Below are positions 18,244 through 26,802 of a DNA stretch of 32,858 bases, piece by piece. The DNA is taken from NCBI GenBank assembly GCA_043754515.1, contig JAYUUO010000183.1, forward strand, positions 1 through 32,858, written 5' to 3'. Each line of letters opens with the position of its first letter. Within the stretch, counting starts at the first letter, position 1. The DNA is from Armatimonadota bacterium. Lineage in GTDB: Bacteria > Armatimonadota > Armatimonadia > Armatimonadales > Armatimonadaceae. The notes under the pieces are model-generated. The model did not search any database, had not been told where the DNA came from, and was given only the letters and a program-made list of their open reading frames with translations. The translations under genes were made by a program, and so were the position numbers.

Positions 18244-19839
18244 CTAATGCCGGAAGTGGCGCACGCCCGTAAACACCATCGCGATTCCCCGCTCGTCGCA
18301 CAGCGCGGTCGTGTCCGCGTCCCGCACCGACCCGCCCGGTTGGATGATCGCGGTCACGCCCGCGTTCGCCGCCGTCTCGGGTCCGTCCGCGAACGGAAAG
18401 AACGCGTCGGAGGCGAGTACCGCCCCCCGCGCGAACTCGCCCGCCTGCTCCACCGCGAGCCGCACCGAGCGCACCCGGTTCATCTGCCCCGCCCCGACGC
18501 CGCGCAACGCCCCATCCCGCGCGATCACGATGGCGTTCGACTTGACATGCTTGACCACGCGCCACGCGAACAGCAGTTCGGCCAGTTCTTCCGCAGTCGG
18601 TTTGCGAACCGTTGGAAATGACAGGTCGGCGTCCGTCAGCGGGCGGTAATCGCGCGTGGACACAAGTAGCCCGCCGACGATCTGCTTCAGCGTGAAGCCG
18701 CCCTGACCCGGGCCGGTGAACGGCGCGACCTCCAAGAGGCGCAGGTTCGCGCCCCATTTACGCTTCGTGGTCAGCGTCTCGATCACGCCCGGCTCGTAGC
18801 CCGGCGCGACGATGCACTCGAAGAAGCTGTTCGGCTCGGTGACGCGGGCGGCGGTTTCGGCGTCGAGCGGGCGGTTGACGGCGAGGATGCCGCCGAATGC
18901 CGAGATGGTGTCCGCCTCCCGCGCCCGCGTGAACGCGCCCGCGAGTGTGCCCGCCATCGCGCACCCGCATGGGTTCGCGTGCTTGATGATCGCGGCGGCG
19001 GGTAATTCGCCGCCGAATTCCTTGACCAGTTCGAGCGCGCCGTCCAGGTCATACAGGTTGTTGAACGAGACTTCCTTGCCGCTGTCATCGCGCCGCCACG
19101 CGTTCCCGATGCACGGCTCGTTCACGGCCGGGTCTCGGTACAGCGCGGCGTGTTGGTGCGGGTTTTCGCCGTAGCGTAGCACCTGGGAGCGGGGCAGGGA
19201 CAGGCGGAACGTGGTCGGCAGAACCTCCGTCTCCACGTCCGGCGCGTAGACCCGCTCCAGATAAGTCGCGATCATCGAGTCGTACGCCGCCGTGTGCGCA
19301 AACGCTTTAGCGGCGAGCCGTTTGCGTGTTTCCAGCGTGATCCCGCCGTGCGCCGCGATCTCCCTGAGTAGCGGTTCGTAGTCGGCAGGGTCGGTGACGA
19401 CGGCGACGCCGTTGTGGTTCTTCGCCGCCGAGCGCACCATGGCCGGCCCGCCGATGTCAATGTTTTCCACCGCGTCCTCGATGGAAACGTCCGGCTTCGC
19501 GATGGTCGCGGCGAACGGGTACAGGTTGACGCAGACCAAGTCAATCGGCGCGATGTCATGCGCGGCGATGGTCGCCAGATGTTCCGGCTTGTCGCGGTCG
19601 GCGAGGATGCCGCCGTGAACGGTCGGGTGCAGGGTTTTGACGCGCCCTTCGAGCATTTCGGGGAAGCCGGTCAGGTCGCTGATGCCGATTACGGGCACCC
19701 CGGCGTCCGCGAGTGATTGGGCGGTGCCGCCGGTGGAAACGATCCGTGCGCCGAGTTCGGAGAGGGTTCGCGCGAACGCCGCGACGCCGGTTTTATCGGA
19801 CACGCTGATCAGGGCGCATCGAACGGGGGAGAGTTGCAT
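18244..19839 (-). CDS. purH: Bifunctional AICAR transformylase / IMP cyclohydrolase
   Basis: ALISVSDKTG, STGGTA, GRVKTLHP, ENIDIGGP, LRYGENPHQ, KHANPCG, KHVKSNAIV, SDAFFPF, IIQPGGS and terminal RHFRH. Confidence 0.99.
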   Translation of the reverse strand: MQLSPVRCALISVSDKTGVAAFARTLSELGARIVSTGGTAQSLADAGVPVIGISDLTGFPEMLEGRVKTLHPTVHGGILADRDKPEHLATIAAHDIAPIDLVCVNLYPFAATIAKPDVSIEDAVENIDIGGPAMVRSAAKNHNGVAVVTDPADYEPLLREIAAHGGITLETRKRLAAKAFAHTAAYDSMIATYLERVYAPDVETEVLPTTFRLSLPRSQVLRYGENPHQHAALYRDPAVNEPCIGNAWRRDDSGKEVSFNNLYDLDGALELVKEFGGELPAAAIIKHANPCGCAMAGTLAGAFTRAREADTISAFGGILAVNRPLDAETAARVTEPNSFFECIVAPGYEPGVIETLTTKRKWGANLRLLEVAPFTGPGQGGFTLKQIVGGLLVSTRDYRPLTDADLSFPTVRKPTAEELAELLFAWRVVKHVKSNAIVIARDGALRGVGAGQMNRVRSVRLAVEQAGEFARGAVLASDAFFPFADGPETAANAGVTAIIQPGGSVRDADTTALCDERGIAMVFTGVRHFRH

Positions 19840-19848
19840 GATGCGGCT

Positions 19849-19877
19849 AGTATAATCGGCGGGGCGGGCTACGTCAA
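19849..19877 (-). promoter_or_regulatory. Sigma70-type purH promoter TTGACG-N17-TATACT (near-leaderless)
   Basis: -35 at 19877-19872 and -10 at 19854-19849. The ATG lies 9 nt downstream, with no SD. Confidence 0.7.
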
Positions 19878-19932
19878 ACGTCGCCTGTAGAACTCGTCAC
19901 AAAAACATCCCGGAAAAAACGCACGCTACATT

Positions 19933-19962
19933 TTGCATTTTATACAGGTTATATGCTAGAAT
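19933..19962 (+). promoter_or_regulatory. Islet promoter TTGCAT-N18-(TGc)TAGAAT
   Basis: Extended -10, followed by a leader hairpin GACCGGG/CCCGGTC (19968-19986) and RBS AGGAGG (20001-20006). Confidence 0.5.
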
Positions 19963-20014
19963 CTAGCGACCGGGAAACGCCCGGTCACCGAAAAAGCCAT
20001 AGGAGGCTAGTAAC

Positions 20015-20483
20015 ATGATTAGAATAGATCGTCGCACTACTCGTGAGTACACTGCGTGTTGTCCTCGCGATCGCGGGCTTGATGCTAATCAATGCCCACT
20101 CTCGTGCCGCCACGGGGAGCATCTCCCAATTCTACAGCTTTAAGGCAGAGAGCCCACCCGCCGCTGTCGCTTATGGTGCTCCTAAATATGTCAACCGAAC
20201 GTTCTACCAGTTCTCCGCCCTGTGGTATTCGGACGGATGTGCGGCAAGGCTCATGAGCACTTGGGTATCCGGCCCTTACCATGGTACATCGGAATTTGCC
20301 GGTAGCGTTGCTGTTGCGGGCATACTCGTACTGAACCCACGCCGCTATGTGGCAGGGAATGATGGTACATTTGACAGTTGGGCGTATACGTCCGGGTTGT
20401 ACAACGGGAGCCTCACCTTGATAGATTCAGCGGGGATGACGATTCTGGAGCTATATACGCGTTCCTGTGCGGCACCTAATTAG
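20015..20483 (+). CDS. Secreted hypothetical protein; probable frameshift in the first ~10 codons
   Basis: The strong RBS precedes ATG 20015, but the 146-codon ORF (20043-20483; signal-like VVLAIAGLMLINAHSRA) is in the +1 frame, which has TAG at 20025. Confidence 0.6.
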
Positions 20484-20492
20484 CTCCGATTG

Positions 20493-20526
20493 TGGGGGCT
20501 ACGCACAGAATGATGCGTAGCCCCCA
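20493..20526. terminator. Perfect 13-bp stem-loop between the islet genes
   Basis: TGGGGGCTACGCA-(8 nt)-TGCGTAGCCCCCA, 9 nt after the stop at 20483. Confidence 0.65.
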
Positions 20527-20562
20527 AAACTCACCATTGCCCCATTATAAGGAGTAGTAACA

Positions 20563-21858
20563 ATGTACCAACCCGCGACGTCGCGAGGATGCCATATCTG
20601 CGCGATATTATGTCTGTCCCTACTTACTTCATATACTAGTCGCGCGTACGCTCGTCAGGCAGACACGGGGGCAAGTCAGCGTCGGAAGGTCGTGGGCCTA
20701 CTGGATTCTAATCCCGCCCTGATGCGCCCCATTACCATCATCCGCCCCCGAATTGGCGTCGGGGAACTAGTAAACCGTATGGCGAAGGCGACGGGGCGGC
20801 ATCTGCAATCTGAGGACGCCGAGTCGTCCCTAAGATCATGCTTCGTGGCGTGTACTGAGGAGCCGACGAATCATCTCATGGATGCCATCGCCGTTATCCG
20901 CGCTAACCGTTGGCACAAGGATGTGCGGAACAACTACCTTTACGGAGATGTGCTTGGCATATCGGTGGACATACTCGTACCCGAGTCCCAGCGAAACAAA
21001 GACCAGCTTATAAATGGGGTGAACCTGATGTCGGAGATCAGCCGCCTGGACCCGACAGTCGCCCAGAAGATGGTCAGCGGCGAACTTCTCTCCCCGCCAA
21101 CAATCCCGCCTCCCGTGCGGGACGCGATTTTCAGAATCCTACAGGACAGTTACAAGTTCCTCCGTGAACAAGATCCTACTCTCAAAATGGTGACGGACGC
21201 GGAGTTCGACTCCGGGATGTTCAGTATCGCGCTCGAACTGCAGGAGGTAAGTGCCCGCCTCCGTGTCACAAGCAATATTCCAGGAATAATTTCGGGACAG
21301 AGTAGTACAGATATTCCGGACGGTGCCGCTAATTGCATCCACGACGGGGTGCTCGACACGGAAGCCCTGCGCATCTCGATCCGCAACGCCTACCTCGGCA
21401 AGGGCGACAAGACGTACGTGCCCACCCCTTACGACTACGGGTGGCGCGACGACGTGCCCGCCGCGCTGAAGCGGGTGGTCACTGTTGACAAAAGGGGCGC
21501 GCTATTGACGGACGTGCTCGCCGACCTCCACGCGCGCTACAAGGTGCCGATCATCGCCGACGACGACCGCGCCATCCCGGAGAAGGTGGACGTACATATC
21601 CCGCCGATGCCGCTGTACCGGGCGATGGACCGGCTGGAGAAGATTTACCCCGGCCTGCACTGGGAGTACCGTAAGTACGGCTTCATCGTCTGCCGCTCGG
21701 AGAAGATGAACCCGGACGTGTTCTACCTGATCCAGGCAGGCAAGAAGGGTTCCGCCCCGCCTTTGACGGGCACCCCGCCTGTCCCGAACGCGGCCGGGGA
21801 GTTGCCGAAGCCCCTGGCCGCGCGGCAGCCCGGCGCGCCGCGGGATCACGTGGAGTAG
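20563..21858 (+). CDS. Exported hypothetical protein with two secretin-N/STN-like modules, 431 aa
   Basis: RBS TAAGGAG and a signal-like N-terminus. Two similar segments, LMRPITIIRPRIGVGELVNRMAKATGRHL...LMDAIAV..W and LKRVVTVDKRGALLTDVLADLHARYKVPIIAD...AMDRLEK...W, then a Pro-rich tail. The domain call is an inference. Confidence 0.7.
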   Translation: MYQPATSRGCHICAILCLSLLTSYTSRAYARQADTGASQRRKVVGLLDSNPALMRPITIIRPRIGVGELVNRMAKATGRHLQSEDAESSLRSCFVACTEEPTNHLMDAIAVIRANRWHKDVRNNYLYGDVLGISVDILVPESQRNKDQLINGVNLMSEISRLDPTVAQKMVSGELLSPPTIPPPVRDAIFRILQDSYKFLREQDPTLKMVTDAEFDSGMFSIALELQEVSARLRVTSNIPGIISGQSSTDIPDGAANCIHDGVLDTEALRISIRNAYLGKGDKTYVPTPYDYGWRDDVPAALKRVVTVDKRGALLTDVLADLHARYKVPIIADDDRAIPEKVDVHIPPMPLYRAMDRLEKIYPGLHWEYRKYGFIVCRSEKMNPDVFYLIQAGKKGSAPPLTGTPPVPNAAGELPKPLAARQPGAPRDHVE

Positions 21859-22131
21859 AGTAGGCGTAGTACGCTTAGGGGTTCAAACCGGCACGCCGTG
21901 GGGCCGCGCCCCCGCCAGAGAAACCGAACGCCGAAGGGGGTGCCCTGGCGGGGCGGGCTACGTCAAACGCCGCGCCACGCCGTACTACGTTGTATTGCCC
22001 GAATGAACAGTCGCCGCACTCCGCGGGAATCGGTCTATGAGTATCGCTCGTCAGGCGTGACGTATAGTGCCCAAATCGCCGCGCGACTCTGTCTTGACTA
22101 ATGGGACCACCGTACCGGTTTCGCCCGTGCC

Positions 22132-22171
22132 GCGGTGACTACTTATACCAAGCAGTGACTACTTATATCAA
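22132..22171. repeat. 20-bp tandem repeat (18/20 identical), candidate operator
   Basis: GCGGTGACTACTTATACCAA followed by GCAGTGACTACTTATATCAA, 40 bp upstream of ATG 22212. Confidence 0.7.
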
Positions 22172-22211
22172 GGCGAATACCTGTATCCTAAGTGCGCGGG
22201 AGGGCGAACCG

Positions 22212-22799
22212 ATGGGAGCGGAACGATGGATCGCGGCGGAGCGGGAAGCCCGCCTGAAATGGGAGGCGGCGTCGGGCCAGCAACGCGACGTCGAGGCGCG
22301 GTTGGCGGACGTCGGGGCGTGCCGGGCGCGGGCGGGGCGCGACGTGGTGGAGGGGGAGGCGCGGGCGACGAGCGCGGTGAACGGGGACGACCACTCGCTA
22401 GAGACGGCGTTCTCGCTCCCACTCGCGCGGTCGCGCGGCGAGCGCGACAGGTTCGCGGCGCGGGCTACCGACCTGGGCAAGCTACTGCTCGTCGTCACGG
22501 GCGAAGCGGCACGGGCGGAACGCGCCTGGCGGACGTCGCTTTCGGATTTATGGGAGCCGGGCTGTCCGGGAACGTACCGGGCGGGGATACTGCGTATTAA
22601 GGCAGTGGACGGCGAAGTATGCGCGGGTCACCGGGTGTCGCTCACGGACGCGGATGGCGGGGCGTTCGACTTCCTGCTGACCGGCGCGGGCGAGACGCCG
22701 GTCGAGCGGGCGGTGCGCGGGCATCTAGTCGGCGACGTGGTGACGATAAACGCGCCGGGCGGGGCGTACGACTGCCTGATCGTCGCGATCCGGGCATAG
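22212..22799 (+). CDS. Divergent GreA/GreB-family-like protein
   Basis: RBS GGAGG at 22199-22203. The C-terminus VCAGHRVSLTDADG...TPVERAVRGHLVGDVVTINAPGGAYDCLIVAI resembles the Gre C-terminal domain (SPxGRALLGxxVGDxVxVxxPGG). The N-terminus is helical, coiled-coil-like. Confidence 0.6.
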   Translation: MGAERWIAAEREARLKWEAASGQQRDVEARLADVGACRARAGRDVVEGEARATSAVNGDDHSLETAFSLPLARSRGERDRFAARATDLGKLLLVVTGEAARAERAWRTSLSDLWEPGCPGTYRAGILRIKAVDGEVCAGHRVSLTDADGGAFDFLLTGAGETPVERAVRGHLVGDVVTINAPGGAYDCLIVAIRA

Positions 22800-22838
22800 C
22801 GATTGATCGAGTTTGTGCGTCAAGAAGGGGTAATTAAA

Positions 22839-23648
22839 ATGTCAGACTTCGCACTGCCGCCCGACCCGTCCGCGGTGGACTAGGACATCCGTCCGCGAGG
22901 ACGCGAGTGGGCCGAGGATGAGGCATGGGCGCGTCTGGAGATAACGCCGGAGAAGCTCGAGATGGGTAGCGGCAAACTCTTCTGGGACGACCGGGAGCGT
23001 CTGCGGATGCTCGGCCTTTTGCTGGAAAACTGCGGCGCGGAGGCAGCGGTTCGCATGAGTAATCCCGACGTATGGCGCGCGGCGGTCGCGCGGCTCGCGG
23101 ACGAGGACGCGACCCTTGAACGCGCGGTGGATGCCGCCTGCCGCTGGCGTGCCTCGTTCGACATCGGGTACGATCTTCTAAGTATCCTCTCATTCGACGA
23201 ATGTTGCGTCACGGACGACTACGTGGAGCGGACCGATTTCGGGGTGGCCGAACGAGTCCTTCTGATCGAGCAGGCGCGGGAGCGGAACGCCGGTAAACGA
23301 CCCTTGTCGCCCGATTTTTCTACAGCGAACATCCGCATCGAAACGCTCCGCCGCGACGGGGCGGAGGCAGTCGCCATGGTGCGCCAGGAGACAAAGCACC
23401 ACAGGTACGCGCCGGTGCCTGAAAACCCGAAGGGGTCGCAACCCTTAGTGCCCTTCACCGAAGTAGAACGCTGGCGGGAGTCGTGGGGCAAACAGGATGG
23501 CGGGTGGCGGTTGCGTTTCCGGGAGCGCGTCGGGAGCCCGACCGTGTTATTCCGAGCCGGACGACACGCATTAACGGCGCGGCCAAGAGGATGCCACGAG
23601 TGGGCATCAGGCGGTTTAGCCGATCCCCCCGCAATCGCGATACAGTAG
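22839..23648 (+). pseudogene. Hypothetical two-domain gene (C-terminal NTF2/SnoaL-like) with in-frame TAG at 22881-22883
   Basis: RBS-like AAGAAGGGG then ATG 22839: MSDFALPPDPSAVD*DIRPRGREWAEDEAWARLEITPEKLEMGSGKLFWDDRERLRMLGLLLENCG..., in frame with track ORF 22962-23648. C-terminal RWRESWGKQDGGWRLR is NTF2-like. Confidence 0.65.
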
Positions 23649-23947
23649 AGAACGTCCCGGCTACCGGACTCGTATAAGGAACGGCAGGAGTAAAACAATG
23701 GAAACAGGAAAGTGGCTACGCGGCATATGGATATATGCCCGGCGGGGTTCCCGCGCGTGTAGCCTGGACGCCTCCTGTGGTACGAGTCTCTTCCCGCCGG
23801 GGTCATCGCGTCACTTGACCTTCTATTCTATGAGTCACGCTTCTTTTATGGGGATGATGACCGAACGGACATGATTGACGGCGGGGCAGTTGAGGCTACC
23901 CCGCGCCCGCCCGAGCCGGACGATTTTTGTTAAGGAGTTAAACCAAC

Positions 23948-25123
23948 TTGTCGGATTCGTATTCGCTTTCCACAGACGCCTGGGACCTGCACCGCCGCGC
24001 GGAGCGGGATCGCGCCCGGCACAACGAAAAGGTGCGCGAGATTCTTAAAAAGTCGCTCGGGGACGTGGTTGCCAACGAGGACATTATCACCGCCGATAAA
24101 AATAAGATCATCAAGGTGCCGGTGCGCGGGCTGGAACTGCCGCGCATCCGCTTCGATCCCAACGACCAGAAACGCGTCGGGCAGGGCCAGGGCGGCTCGC
24201 GACAGGGCGACGTGATCGGCCGCCAACCGTTACCCGGCGAAGGCGACGGCTCCGGCAAAGAGGCGGGCCAGGAACCCGGCGTGGACTACTACGAGGCCGA
24301 ATTCACGATTGATGAACTCGCCGAGATGGTGTTCGCCGATCTACAACTGCCCAATATGCTCGATAAAGGTAACAAGCAGGTTCCGAGCGAGGTGATGGAC
24401 TTTAACACGATCACGAAGCGCGGTCTGGCCGGGAATCTGGACCGCAAGCGCACCATCTTGCAGGCGATGCGGCGTCAGGCGCGCGACGGGGACGAGTCGG
24501 GCAAACTCAAGATCACCGAGGACGATAAACGGTTCAAATCGTGGGAGATCGTGACCGAACCCCAGCGCAACGCGGTGATATTCGCCATGCGCGACGTTTC
24601 CGGCTCGATGGGCGAGTTCGAGGCGTATATCTGCCGCTCGTTCTACTTCTGGATGCTCCGGTTCCTGCGCACGAAATACAACTCGTGCGAGATCGTGTTT
24701 ATCACCTGCCACACCGAGGCGAAAGAGGTCACCGAGAACGCGTTCTTCTCGCTCGGCGAGTCGGGCGGCACGCGCATGTCGTCGGCTTACGCGCTGGCGA
24801 TAGACATCATCGGCAAGCGCTATAACCCGCGCGAGTGGAATATCTACCCGTTCCTGTTCAGCGACGGTTACAACTGGGGCGATCAGGAGTGCGTGGAACT
24901 GGTGCGCCGGATGCTCAAGTTCGCGAACCTGATCGGCTACGGCGAGATCGGCTCCGATACGTGGCACTCGTCGTTCGGGTTCGCGCCGCTCGGCCAGGCG
25001 TACGAGGACGCGTTCAAGAACGACAAGCGTATGGTCTGCGTTAAAATCAACGACAAAGAGGACGTCTGGCCCGCGCTACAAAAGTTCTTCTCCAGTAGCC
25101 CGCACGCGGCGAAAGCGGGGTAA
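23948..25123 (+). CDS. yhbH: YeaH/YhbH (DUF444) family vWA-type protein
   Basis: RBS TAAGGAG and TTG start. DRARH, IIKVPVRGLELPRIRF, VGQGQG, AMRDVSGSMG, GESGGTRMSSAY, WNIYPFLFSDGYNW and GYGEI. Confidence 0.9.
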   Translation: MSDSYSLSTDAWDLHRRAERDRARHNEKVREILKKSLGDVVANEDIITADKNKIIKVPVRGLELPRIRFDPNDQKRVGQGQGGSRQGDVIGRQPLPGEGDGSGKEAGQEPGVDYYEAEFTIDELAEMVFADLQLPNMLDKGNKQVPSEVMDFNTITKRGLAGNLDRKRTILQAMRRQARDGDESGKLKITEDDKRFKSWEIVTEPQRNAVIFAMRDVSGSMGEFEAYICRSFYFWMLRFLRTKYNSCEIVFITCHTEAKEVTENAFFSLGESGGTRMSSAYALAIDIIGKRYNPREWNIYPFLFSDGYNWGDQECVELVRRMLKFANLIGYGEIGSDTWHSSFGFAPLGQAYEDAFKNDKRMVCVKINDKEDVWPALQKFFSSSPHAAKAG

Positions 25124-25355
25124 AGCAGGTCGCGCGGCGCGGGCCGCCGCCGGAAATATACGCCGTCCGTTGCGAATGCCTCGGCGGGTAGGGGCAACTC
25201 AGCCAAGACAGGCGGATGGATGTGCTATATGGCGACGCGAGCGGCGTCAGCTTACAGCCGCGCCTCGTCTCGGGGTGGCGATTCGCGGGCCGCGTTCCTC
25301 GCGCCGGGCGTCAATCCGCGCTCCCCGCGATCTGGCGCGCTCGCGTGCGAAATAT

Positions 25356-26510
25356 CTACCCGACGCCCTGCGCCCGTTGCATAGCCTTCCCCTCGCTCGG
25401 CAGACTCGGTGCGACCATCATCTCGGCTTGTTGCATTTCCTTAATCGTGCGCGCCCCGAGCGACCCCATCGAGAGCCGCAACGCCCCCATCAGGTTCATC
25501 GTTCCGTCGTCCTTGTGCGCCGGTCCGAATAGGATCTCCTGGAGCGGGCCGGATACGCCGACCTTGATCCGGGTGCCGCGCGGCAGGTCCGCCGATGACG
25601 TCGCCATGCCCCAGGAATAGCCGGGCGCGGGTGCCTCTGACGCCGCCGCGATGGTCGAGCCGAGCATCACCGCGTCCGCGCCCGCCGCGATCGCTTTGGC
25701 GATGTCGCCCCCGTTTTTAATGCCGCCGTCCGTGATGATCGGGACATACCGCCCCGTCGCCGCCTGGTAATCGTCGCGCGCCGCCGCGCAGTCCGCCGTG
25801 GCCGTGATCTGCGGTACTCCTATGCCCAGCACCTTGCGCGACGTGCAGATCTGCCCCGGCCCGACCCCGACCAGCACCCCCGCCGCGCCCGCCTCCATCA
25901 GTTCGCGCGTCGCGGCGTAGCCGACCGTGTTCCCGACGATCACTGGGATAGGCGACTCCTCGATGAATGCCGCGACATTGAAAGCCTCAACATGCGACGA
26001 CTCGAAGCGCACCGATCCGACCGTGCTCTGAATGAAGAACAGATCCGCGCCCGCCCCGACCGCCGCCATACCCGCCGCCTTTGCCGACAGCGGAGCCGCC
26101 GACACCGCCGCGATGCCGCCCGCGTCCTTGATCTCGCGCACCCGCCGCGCGATCAGATGCGGTTTGACCGCCTCCTTCGCGTATAACTCCTGGATGAACG
26201 CGATCACCCCGTCGGAAGGCGCGTCCGCGATGGCTTGTAGCACCGCCTCGGCGTCCTCGTACCGCGCCTGAATGCCGTCCAAATTGAGCACCGCGAGGCC
26301 GCCGAGCGCGCTCATTCGGGCGGCGAGGCGGGGGTTCACCGCGCCGTCCAACGCCGCCGCGAGCAGTGGGATGTCGAAATGAATGCCGCCCAGTGTCCAC
26401 GAAATGTCCACGTCACGCGGGTCAATCACCAGCGGGCCGGGAACGAGAGCCACTTCATCAAATCCGTAAGCGCGGCGGACACGCTTATTACCGCCTACCG
26501 TGGTTTCCAA
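25356..26510 (-). CDS. guaB3: GuaB3-type IMP dehydrogenase family protein (no CBS domains)
   Basis: RRAYGFDEVALVP, GGLAVLNLDG, catalytic loop GVGPGQICTSR, ITDGG, AVMLGS and LPRGTRI. TTG 26510 follows RBS GGAGGA and is a better start than 26552. Confidence 0.92.
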   Translation of the reverse strand: METTVGGNKRVRRAYGFDEVALVPGPLVIDPRDVDISWTLGGIHFDIPLLAAALDGAVNPRLAARMSALGGLAVLNLDGIQARYEDAEAVLQAIADAPSDGVIAFIQELYAKEAVKPHLIARRVREIKDAGGIAAVSAAPLSAKAAGMAAVGAGADLFFIQSTVGSVRFESSHVEAFNVAAFIEESPIPVIVGNTVGYAATRELMEAGAAGVLVGVGPGQICTSRKVLGIGVPQITATADCAAARDDYQAATGRYVPIITDGGIKNGGDIAKAIAAGADAVMLGSTIAAASEAPAPGYSWGMATSSADLPRGTRIKVGVSGPLQEILFGPAHKDDGTMNLMGALRLSMGSLGARTIKEMQQAEMMVAPSLPSEGKAMQRAQGVG

Positions 26511-26802
26511 AAATAAAATCCTCCGAGAAAACCCGCCCAATCGTGGGGGCAATTCGTTTCAATATATCGGACAGCCCCCTTTTGTACAAGTTCGCGCAAG
26601 TTTGTCCCCTATGGCGATCGCGTCATAGTTACGTTGCTAACACAACGTATATTCTCGGGCGCGTGCGGCGGGCCGGTGGGTACGGGCGGCGTGCGGCGAA
26701 ACTGTGATGCAGTCATAGGCCAAACCATGATGCAATCGCCCTAAGTTCGGCCGCGCACATGCGACCGGACGGTCCCGATGTTTGGTACAATGACAGGTAA
26801 CT

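Larger units (their letters stand above)
19858..21969. mobile_element. 2.09-kb islet flanked by exact 23-bp direct repeats; no recombinase
   Basis: GGCGGGGCGGGCTACGTCAAACG at 19858-19880 and 21947-21969. The interior to about 21340 is visibly more AT-rich than the flanks. Confidence 0.7.

Noticed and set aside
14933..23648. Genome-wide reassignment of TAG (alternative genetic code or pyrrolysine)
   Set aside because: TAG is the true stop of purH, directly after its conserved RHFRH end (18244-18246), and also ends the genes at 8287, 13617 and 25356. No pyl genes or suppressor tRNA are visible.
23948..25123. Evidence of sporulation
   Set aside because: YeaH/YhbH homologues occur widely in non-sporulating bacteria.
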